From Paragordius varius (lineage: Eukaryota; Animalia; Nematomorpha): 64,000 nt of DNA. Below, one piece after another: positions 54,099 to 64,000 of the stretch. A program made the position numbers and the translations under genes. The first letter of the stretch is position 1. Every line of letters begins with the position of its first letter. Below the pieces are notes generated by a model that searched no databases, was not told the DNA's origin, and saw only the letters and a program-made list of their open reading frames with translations. Location of the stretch: assembly GCA_964247055.1 (NCBI GenBank), contig OZ176050.1:620001-684000 (forward strand), in the 5' to 3' direction.

Positions 54099-57000
54099 AT
54101 GGCTACCTAAAATCCAAATTTGATCAGGTGATGTCTCCATAATTTTTTTTGGGTAGCCCTATGGTAGTTCCATCATCACCCCAAATATTTTCGAGATCGG
54201 AGTATAAATGTAATTTTTATGAATTTTTTAAATATTTAAAAAATTTATTTTATACGATTTTAAAAATAAAAATGGCTACCTAAAATCCGAATTTGATCAG
54301 GTGATGTCGCCATAATTTTTTTTGGGTAGCCCTAGAGTAGTTCCATCATCACCCCAAATATTTATGAGATCGGAGTATAAATGTAATTTTTATGAATTTT
54401 TTAAATATTTAAAAAATTTATTTTATACGATTTTAAAAATAAAAATGGCTACCTAAAATCCAAATTTGATCAGGTGATGTCACCATAATTTTTTTTGGGT
54501 AGCCCTATGGTAGTTCCATCATCACCCCAAATATTGTCGAGATCTGAGTATAAATGTAATTTTTATGAATTTTTTAAATATTTAAAAAATTTATTTTATA
54601 CGATTCTAAAAATAAAAATTGCTACCTAAAATCCAAATTTGATCAGGTGATGTCGCCATAATTTTTTTTGGGTAGCCCTATGGTAGTTCCATCATCACCC
54701 CAAATATTTTGGGGATCGGACTATAAATGTAATTTTTATGAATTTTTTAAATATTTAAAAAATTTATTTTATACGATTTTAAAAATAAAAATGGCTACCT
54801 AAAATCCGAATTTGATCAGGTGATGTCGCCATAATTTTTTTTGGGTAGCCCTATGGTAATTCCATCATCACCCCAAATATTGTCGAGATCGGAGTATAAA
54901 TGTAATTTTTTTGAATTTTTTAAATATTTAAAAAATTTATTTTATACAATTTTAAAAATAAAAATGGCTACCTAAAATCCAAATTTGATCAGGTGATGTC
55001 ACCATAATTTTTTTTGGGTAGCCCTATGGTAGTTCCATCATCACCCCAAATATTTTCGAGATCGGAGTATAAATGTAATTTTTATGAATTTTTTAAATAT
55101 TTAAAAAATTGATTTTATACGATTTTAAAAATAAAAATGGCTACCTAAAATCCAAATTTGATCAGGTGATGTCACCATATTTTTTTTTGGGTAGCCCTAT
55201 GGTAGTTCCATCATCACCCCAAATATTGTCGAGATCGGAGTATAAATGTAATTTTTATGAATTTTTTAAATATTTAAAAAATTTATTTTATACGATTTTA
55301 AAAATAAAAATGGCTACCTAAAATCCAAATTTGATCAGGTGATGTCACCATAATTTTTTTTGGGTAGCCCTATGGTAGTTCCATCATCACCCCAAATATT
55401 GTCGAGATCGGAGTATAAATGTAATTTTTATGAATTTTTTAAATATTTAAAAAATTTATTTTATACGATTCTAAAAATAAAAATGGCTACCTAAAATCCA
55501 AATTTGATCAGGTGATGTCGCCATAATTTTTTTTGGGTAGCCCTATGGTAGTTCCATCATCACCCCAAATATTTTGGGGATCGGACTATAAATGTAATTT
55601 TTATGAATTTTTTAAATATTTAAAAAATTTATTTTATACGATTTTAAAAATAAAAATGGCTACCTAAAATCCAAATTTGATCAGGTGATGTCACCATAAT
55701 TTTTTTTGGGTAGCCCTATGGTAATTCCATCATCACCCCAAATATTGTCGAGATCGGAGTATAAATGTAATTTTTTTTGAATTTTTTAAATATTTAAAAA
55801 ATTTATTTTATACAATTTTAAAAATAAAAATGGCTACCTAAAATCCAAATTTGATCAGGTGATGTCACCATAATTTTTTTTGGGTAGCCCTATGGTAGTT
55901 CCATCATCACCCCAAATATTTTCGAGATCGGAGTATAATGTAATTTTTATGATTTTTTTAAATATTTAAAAAATTGATTTTATACGATTTTAAAAATAAA
56001 AATGGCTACCTAAAATCCAAATTTGATCAGGTGATGTCACCATATTTTTTTTTGGGTAGCCCTATGGTAGTTCCATCATCACCCCAAATATTGTCGAGAT
56101 CGGAGTATAAATGTAATTTTTATGAATTTTTTAAATATTTAAAAAATTTATTTTATACGATTTTAAAAATAAAAATGGCTACCTAAAATCCAAATTTGAT
56201 CAGGTGATGTCGCCATAATTTTTTTTGGGTAGCCCTATGGTAGTTCCATCATCACCCCAAATATTTTCGAGATCGGACTATAAATGTAATTTTTATGAAT
56301 TTTTTAAATATTTAAAAAATTTATTTTATACGATATTAAAAATAAAAATGGCTACCTAAAATCCAAATTTGATCAGGTGATGTCACTATAATTTTTTTTG
56401 GGTAGCCCTATGGTAGTTCCATCATCACCCTAAATATTTTCGAGATCGGAGTATAAATGTAATTTTTATGAATTTTTTAAATATTTAAAAAATTTATTTT
56501 ATACGATTTTAAAAATAAAAATGGCTACCTAAAATCCAAATTTGATCAGGTGATGTCGCCATAATTTTTTTTGGGTAGCCCTATGCTAGTTCCATCATCA
56601 CCCCGAATACTTTGGGGATCGGACTATAAATGTAATTTTTATAAATTTTTTAAATATTTAAAAAATTTATTTTATACGATATTAAAAATAAAAATGGCTA
56701 CCTAAAATCCAAATTTGATCAGGTGATGTCGCCATAATTTTTTTTGGGTAGCCCTATAGTAGTTCCATCATCACCCCAAATATTTTGGGGATCGGAGTAT
56801 AAATGTAATTTTTATGAATTTTTTAAATATTTAAAAAATTTATTTTATACGATTTTAAAAATAAAAATGGCTACCTAAAATCCAAATTTGATCAGGTGAT
56901 GTCACCATAATTTTTTTTAGGTAGCCCTATGGTAGTTCCATCATCACCCCAAATATTTTCGAGATCGGAGTATAAATGTAATTTTTATGAATTTTTTAAA

Positions 57001-57203
57001 TATTTAAAAAATTTATTTTATACGATTTCAAAAATAAAAATGGCTACCTAAAATCCAAATTTGATCAGGTGATGTCGCCATAATTTTTTTTGCGTAGTCC
57101 TATGGTAGTTCCATCATCACCCCAAATATTTTGGGGATCGGACTATAAATGTAATTTTTATGAATATTTAAAAAATTTATTTTATACGATTTTAAAAATA
57201 AAA

Positions 57204-60200
57204 ATGGCTACCTAAAATCCAAATTTGATCAGGTGATGTCACTATAATTTTTTTGGGTAGCCCTATGGTAGTAGCATCATCACCCCAAATATTTTCAAGA
57301 GAGTATAAATGTAATTTTTATGAATTTTTTAAATATTAAAAAAATTTATTTTATACGATTTTAAAAATAAAAATGGCTACCTAAAATCCAAATTTGATCA
57401 GGTGATGTCACCATAATTTTTTTTGGGTAGCCCTATGGTAGTTCCATCATCACCCTAAATATTTTGGGGATCGGACTATAAATGTAATTTTTATGAATTT
57501 TTTAAATATTTAAAAAATTTATTTTATACGATTTTAAAAATAAAAATGGCTACCTAAAATCCAAATTTGATCAGGTGATGTCACCATAATTTTTTTTGGG
57601 TAGCCCTATGGTAGTTCCATCATCACCCCAAATATTTTCGAGATCGGAGTATAAATGTAATTTTGATGAATTTTTTAAATATTAAAAAAATTTATTTTAT
57701 ACGATTTTAAAAATAAAAATGGCTAAATAAAATCCAAATTTGATCAGGTGATGTCACCATAATTTTTTTTGGGTAGCCCTATGGTAGTTCCATCATCACC
57801 CCAAATATTGTCGAGATCGGAGTATAAATGTAATTTTTTTGAATTTTTTAAAAATTTAAAAAATTTATTTTATACGATTTTAAAAATAAAAATGGCTACC
57901 TAAAATCCAAATTTGATCAGGTGATGTCACCATAATTTTTTTTGGGTAGCACTATGGTAGTTCCATCATCACCCCAAATATTTTCGAGATCGGAGTATAA
58001 ATGTAATTTTTATGAATTTTTTAAATATTTAAAAAAATTATTTTATACGATATTAAAAATAAAAATGGCTACCTAAAATCCAAATTTGATCAGGTAATGT
58101 CGCCATAATTTTTTTTGGGTAGCCCTATGGTAGTTCTATCATCACCCCAAATATTTTGGGGATCGGAATATAAATGTAATTTTTATGAATTTTTTAAATA
58201 TTTAAAATATTTATTTTATACGATTTTAAAATAAAAATGGCTACCTAAAATCCAAATTTGATCAGGTGATGTCACCATAATTTTTTTTGGGTAGCCCTAT
58301 AGTAGTTCCATCATCACCCCAAATATTTTCGAGATCGGAGTAAAAATGTAATTTTTATGAATTTTTTAAATATTTAAAAAATTTATTTTATACGATTTTA
58401 AAAATAAAAATGGCTACCTAAAATCCAAATTTGATCAGGTGATGTCACTATAATTTTTTTTGGGTAGCCCTATGGTAGTTCCATCATCACCCCAAATATT
58501 TTGGGGATCGGACTATAAATGTAATTTTTATGAATTTTTTAAATATTTAAAAAATTTATTTTATACGATTTTAAAAATAAAAATGGCTACCTAAAATCCA
58601 AATTTGATCAGGTGATGTCACCATAATTTTTTTTGGGTAGCCCTATGGTAGTTCCATCATCACCCCAAATATTTTCGAGATCGGAGTATAAATGTAATTT
58701 TTATGAATTTTTTAAATATTTAAAAAATTTATTTTATACGATATTAAAAATAAAAATGGCTACCTAAAATCCAAATTTGATCAGGTAATGTCGCCATAAT
58801 TTTTTTTGGGTAGCCCTATAGTAGTTCCATCATCACCCCAAATATTTTCGAGATCGGAGTATAAATGTAATTTTTATGAATTTTTTAAATATTTAAAAAA
58901 TTTATTATATACGATTTTAAAAATAAAAATGGCTACCTAAAATCCAAATTTGATCAGGTGATGTCACTATAATTTTTTTGGGTAGCCCTATGGTAGTAGC
59001 ATCATCACCCCAAATATTTTCAAGATCGGAGTATAAATGTAATTTTTATGAATTTTTTAAATATTTAAAAAATTTATTTTATACGATTTTAAAAATAAAA
59101 ATGGCTACCTAAAATCCAAATTTGATCAGGTGATGTCACCATAATTTTTTTTGGGTAGCCCTATTATAGTTCCATCATCACCCTAAATATTTTGGGGATC
59201 GGACTATAAATGTAATTTTTATGAATTTTTTAAATATTTAAAAAATTTATTTTATACGATTTTAAAAATAAAAATGGCTACCTAAAATCCAAATTTGATC
59301 AGGTGATGTCACCATAATTTTTTTTTGGGTAGCCCTATGGTAGTTCCATCATCACCCCAAATATTTTCGAGATCGGAGTATAAATGTAATTTTGATGAAT
59401 TTTTTAAATATTAAAAAAATTTATTTTATACGATTTTAAAAATAAAAATGGCTACCTAAAATCCAAATTTGATCAGGTGATGTCACCATAATTTTTTTTG
59501 GGTAGCCCTATGGTAGTTCCATCATCACCCCAAATATTGTCGAGATCGGAGTATAAATGTAATTTTTTTGAATTTTTTAAAAATTTAAAAAATTTATTTT
59601 ATACGATTTTAAAAATAAAAATGGCTACCTAAAATCCAAATTTGATCAGGTGATGTCACCATAATTTTTTTTGGGTAGCCCTATGGTAGTTCCATCATCA
59701 CCCCAAATATTTTCGAGATCGGAGTATAAATGTAATTTTTATGAATTTTTTAAATATTTAAAAAATTTATTTTATACGATATTAAAAATAAAAATGGCTA
59801 CCTAAAATCCAAATTTGATCAGGTAATGTCGCCATAATTTTTTTTGGGTAGCCCTATGGTAGTTCTATCATCACCCCAAATATTTTGGGGATCGGACTAT
59901 AAATGTAATTTTTATGAATTTTTTAAATATTTAAAAAATTTATTTTATACGATTTTAAAATAAAAATGGCTACCTAAAATCCAAATTTGATCAGGTGATG
60001 TCACCATAATTTTTTTTGGGTAGCCCTATGGTAGTTCCATCATCACCCCAAATATTTTCGAGATCGGAATATAAATGTAATTTTTATGAATTTTTTAAAT
60101 ATTTAAAAAATTTATTTTATACGATTTTAAAAATAAAAATGGCTACCTAAAATCCAAATTTGATCAGGTGATGTCACCATAATTTTTTTTGGGTAGCCCT

Positions 60201-60656
60201 ATGGTAGTTCCATCATCACCCCAAATATTTTCGAGATCGGAGTATAAATGTAATTTTTATGAATTTTTTAAATATTTAAAAAATTTATTTTATACGATTT
60301 TAAAAATAAAAATGGCTACCTAAAATCCAAATTTGATCAGGTAATGTCACTATAATTTTTTTGGGTAGCCCTATGGTAGTTCCATCATCACCCCAAATAT
60401 TTTCGAGATCGGAGTATTAATGTAATTTTTATGAATTTTTTAAATATTTAAAAAATTTATTTTATACGATATTAAAAATAAAAATGGCTACCTAAAATCC
60501 AAATTTGATCAGGTAATGTCGCCATAATTTTTTTTGAATAGCCCTATAGTAGTTCCATCATCACCCCAAATATTTTCGAGATCGGAGTATAAATGTAATT
60601 TTTATGAATTTTTTAAATATTTAAAAAATTTATTATATACGATTTTAAAAATAAAA
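57204..60656. repeat. 10-monomer HOR, two diverged copies (1725 and 1728 bp)
   Basis: tagtagc/caaga monomer at 57204, 58929 and 60657. The order ccctaa, ttttgatg, aaaaattt, gatatt, gtaatg/ttct is shared, but there are several private differences. Confidence 0.8.
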
Positions 60657-63600
60657 ATGGCTACCTAAAATCCAAATTTGATCAGGTGATGTCACTATAA
60701 TTTTTTTGGGTAGCCCTATGGTAGTAGCATCATCACCCCAAATATTTTCAAGATCGGAGTATAAATGTAATTTTTATGAATTTTTTAAATATTTAAAAAA
60801 TTTATTTTATACGATTTTAAAAATAAAAATGGCTACCTAAAATCCAAATTTGATCAGGTGATGTCACCATAATTTTTTTTGGGTAGCCCTATGGTAGTTC
60901 CATCATCACCCCAAATATTGTCGAGATCGGAGTATAAATGTAATTTTTTTGAATTTTTTAAAAATTTAAAAAATTTATTTTATACGATTTTAAAAATAAA
61001 AATGGCTACCTAAAATCCAAATTTGATCAGGTGATGTCACCATAATTTTTTTTGGGTAGCCCTATGGTAGTTCCATCATCACCCCAAATATTTTCGAGAT
61101 CGGAGTATAAATGTAATTTTTATGAATTTTTTAAATATTTAAAAAATTTATTTTATACGATATTAAAAATAAAAATGGCTACCTAAAATCCAAATTTGAT
61201 CAGGTAATGTCGCCATAATTTTTTTTGGGTAGCCCTATGGTAGTTCTATCATCACCCCAAATATTTTGGGGATCGGACTATAAATGTAATTTTTATGAAT
61301 TTTTTAAATATTTAAAAAATTTATTTTATACGATTTTAAAATAAAAATGGCTACCTAAAATCCAAATTTGATCAGGTGATGTCACCATAATTTTTTTTGG
61401 GTAGCCCTATGGTAGTTCCATCATCACCCCAAATATTTTCGAGATCGGAATATAAATGTAATTTTTATGAATTTTTTAAATATTTAAAAAATTTATTTTA
61501 TACGATTTTAAAAATAAAAATGGCTACCTAAAATCCAAATTTGATCAGGTGATGTCACTATAATTTTTTTGGGTAGCCCTATGGTAGTAGCATCATCACC
61601 CCAAATATTTTCAAGATCGGAGTATAAATGTAATTTTTATGAATTTTTTAAATATTTAAAAAATTTATTTTATACGATTTTAAAAATAAAAATGGCTACC
61701 TAAAATCCAAATTTGATCAGGTGATGTCACCATAATTTTTTTTGGGTGGCCCTATGGTAGTTCCATCATCACCCTAAATATTTTGGGGATCGGACTATAA
61801 ATGTAATTTTTATGAATTTTTTAAATATTTAAAAAATTTATTTTATACGATTTTAAAAATAAAAATGGCTACCTAAAATCCAAATTTGATCAGGTGATGT
61901 CACCATAATTTTTTTTGGGTAGCGCTATGGTAGTTCCATCATCACCCCAAATATTTTCGAGATCGGAGTATAAATGTAATTTGTATGAATTTTTTAAATA
62001 TTTAAAAAATTTATTTTATACGATTTTAAAAATAAAAATGGCTAGCTAAAATCAAAATTTGATCAGGTGATGTCACCATAATTGTTTTTGGGTAGCCCTA
62101 TGGTAGTTCCATCATCACCCCAAATATTGTCGAGATAGGAGTATAAATGTAATTTTTTTGAATTTTTTAAAAATTTAAAAAATTTATTATATACGATTTT
62201 AAAAATAAAAATGGCTACCTAAAATCCAAATTTGATCAGGTGATGTCACTATAATTTTTTTGGGTAGCCCTATGGTAGTAGCATCATCACCCCAAATATT
62301 TTCAAGATCGGAGTATAAATGTAATTTTTATGAATTTTTTAAATATTTAAAAAATTTATTTTATACGATTTTAAAAATAAAAATGGCTACCTAAAATCCA
62401 AATTTGATCAGGTGATGTCACCATAATTTTTTTTGGGTAGCCCTATGGTAGTTCCATCATCACCCCAAATATTGTCGAGATCGGAGTATAAATGTAATTT
62501 TTTTGAATTTTTTAAAAATTTAAAAAATTTATTTTATACGATTTTAAAAATAAAAATGGCTACCTAAAATCCAAATTTGATCAGGTGATGTCACCATAAT
62601 TTTTTTTGGGTAGCCCTATGGTAGTTCCATCATCACCCCAAATATTTTCGAGATCGGAGTATAAATGTAATTTTTATGAATTTAAATATTTAAAAAATTT
62701 ATTTTATACGATATTAAAAATAAAAATGGCTACCTAAAATCCAAATTTGATCAGGTAATGTCGCCATAATTTTTTTTGGGTAGCCCTATGGTAGTTCTAT
62801 CATCACCCCAAATATTTTGGGGATCGGACTATAAATGTAATTTTTATGAATTTTTTAAATATTTAAAAAATTTATTTTATACGATTTTAAAATAAAAATG
62901 GCTACCTAAAATCCAAATTTGATCAGGTGATGTCACCATAATTTTTTTTGGGTAGCCCTATGGTAGTTCCATCATCACCCCAAATATTTTCGAGATCGGA
63001 ATATAAATGTAATTTTTATGAATTTTTTAAATATTTAAAAAATTTATTTTATACGATTTTAAAAATAAAAATGGCTACCTAAAATCCAAATTTGATCAGG
63101 TGATGTCACTATAATTTTTTTGGGTAGCCCTATGGTAGTAGCATCATCACCCCAAATATTTTCAAGATCGGAGTATAAATGTAATTTTTATGAATTTTTT
63201 AAATATTTAAAAAATTTATTTTATACGATTTTAAAAATAAAAATGGCTACCTAAAATCCAAATTTGATCAGGTGATGTCACCATAATTTTTTTTGGGTGG
63301 CCCTATGGTAGTTCCATCATCACCCTAAATATTTTGGGGATGGGACTATAAATGTAATTTTTATGAATTTTTTAAATATTTAAAAAATTTATTTTATACG
63401 ATTTTAAAAATAAAAATGGCTACCTAAAATCCAAATTTGATCAGGTGATGTCACCATAATTTTTTTTGGCTAGCGCTATGGTAGTTCCATCATCACCCCA
63501 AATATTTTCGAGATCGGAGTATAAATGTAATTTGTATGAATTTTTTAAATATTTAAAAAATTTATTTTATACGATTTTAAAAATAAAAATGGCTAGCTAA

Positions 63601-63761
63601 AATCAAAATTTGATCAGGTGATGTCACCATAATTTTTTTTGGGTAGCCCTATGGTAGTTCCATCATCACCCCAAATATTGTCGAGATAGGAGTATAAATG
63701 TAATTTTTTTGAATTTTTTAAAAATTTAAAAAATTTATTTTATACGATTTTAAAAATAAAA
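60657..63761. repeat. 9-monomer HOR, two near-identical copies (1554/1551 bp)
   Basis: Copies start at 60657 and 62211. Private alleles gggtggccc, agcgctatgg, ggctagct, gagatagga and ttgtatg recur at offset 1551 after a 3 bp deletion at about 62680. Confidence 0.88.
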
Positions 63762-64000
63762 ATGGCTACCTAAAATCCAAATTTGATCAGGTGATGTCAC
63801 CATAATTTTTTTTGGGTAGCCCTATGGTAGTTCCATCATCACCCCAAATATTTTCGAGATCGGAGTATAAATGTAATTTTTATGAATTTTTTAAATATTT
63901 AAAAAATTTATTTTATACGATATTAAAAATAAAAATGGCTACCTAAAATCCAAATTTGATCAGGTAATGTCGCCATAATTTTTTTTGGGTAGCCCTATGG

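Larger units (their letters stand above)
29930..56174. repeat. Domain C: irregular ~21-23-monomer HOR region with nested 5- and 7-mer duplications
   Basis: Diagnostic alleles: ccctagag (about 31021, 34986, 42063, 46039, 49838, 50703, 54330), tttaatcagg, tccgaattt, gattct, tacaattt and the aattgatt+caccatat pair. The left boundary is gradual. Confidence 0.8.
1..64000. repeat. Tandem satellite DNA array, 172-173 bp monomer, head-to-tail, running off both window ends
   Basis: ATGGCTACC recurs at 9, 182, 355, 525, 697, 870, 1042 and so on to the window end. Majority monomer: atggctacctaaaatccaaatttgatcaggtgatgtcaccataattttttttgggtagccctatggtagttccatcatcaccccaaatattttcgagatcggagtataaatgtaatttttatgaattttttaaatatttaaaaaatttattttatacgattttaaaaataaaa (173 bp, 45 G+C). 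Length varies mainly through a 7T/8T tract. No inversion or foreign insert seen. Confidence 0.99.
56175..64000. repeat. Domain D: distinct subfamily with 10-mer then 9-mer HORs
   Basis: Alleles essentially confined to this domain: ggtagtagcatc+ttttcaaga, caggtaatg, ttctatc, caccctaaat, ttttttaaaaatttaaaa, ttattatata. Domain C alleles (tagag, tccga, gattct, tacaa) were not seen here. Confidence 0.87.

Noticed and set aside
37148-56186. Seven identical 70-aa ORFs (MILYDFKNKNG...) at 37148, 39214, 40423, 44399, 51828, 55109 and 55974
   Set aside because: Each opens at a TTG created by the aattgatt SNP and reads through only because the next monomer has caccatat plus a 9-T tract. They lie wholly within satellite monomers, are F/K/N/Y/I-biased as expected from AT-rich DNA, and show no recognisable domain. 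They are identical because the monomer pair was duplicated.
1-64000. CRISPR array
   Set aside because: There are no unique spacers. The entire 173 bp unit is repeated, and no cas genes or leader are present.
1-64000. Primate alpha satellite (171 bp) or CENP-B box
   Set aside because: The length is similar, but GC is much lower (~26%), and I saw no recognisable alpha-satellite sequence or canonical CENP-B box motif.
1-64000. 5S rDNA, tRNA or snRNA tandem gene cluster
   Set aside because: There is no recognisable RNA-gene sequence or Pol III internal promoter layout, and the composition is too AT-rich.
1-64000. Transposon insertion, inversion or hidden unique segment inside the array
   Set aside because: I read through the whole window and every segment matched the monomer in the same orientation. 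The only interruptions are internal deletions and small indels.
1-64000. Variant order as an information-bearing code (cassette or barcode system)
   Set aside because: The order of variants is explained by nested tandem and segmental duplication with occasional chimeras. There are no recombinase sites, expression locus or coding potential to support a programmed system.

Overview
The whole 64 kb window is one uninterrupted, head-to-tail, single-orientation tandem array of an AT-rich (~26% GC) satellite with a 172-173 bp monomer, roughly 375 copies by estimate. I found no genes, RNA genes, transposon insertions, strand switches or unique sequence. The seven annotated 70-aa ORFs are artefacts of a recurring monomer-pair variant. 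The information is in the monomer variants. They define at least four spatial domains with different diagnostic alleles, nested higher-order repeats (2-, 4-, 5-, 7-, 9-, 10-, 15- and ~21-23-mers), an ~11.3 kb-offset segmental duplication, a recurrent 83 bp truncated monomer, chimeric monomers and a diverged junction zone near 56.2-57.4 kb. Each monomer carries a perfect 24 bp AT palindrome, several shorter dyads and ~10 bp-phased T tracts. This fits (peri)centromeric or heterochromatic eukaryotic satellite DNA, but function and organism cannot be established from sequence alone. I found no evidence of a novel gene-encoded system. Variant positions were read by eye.
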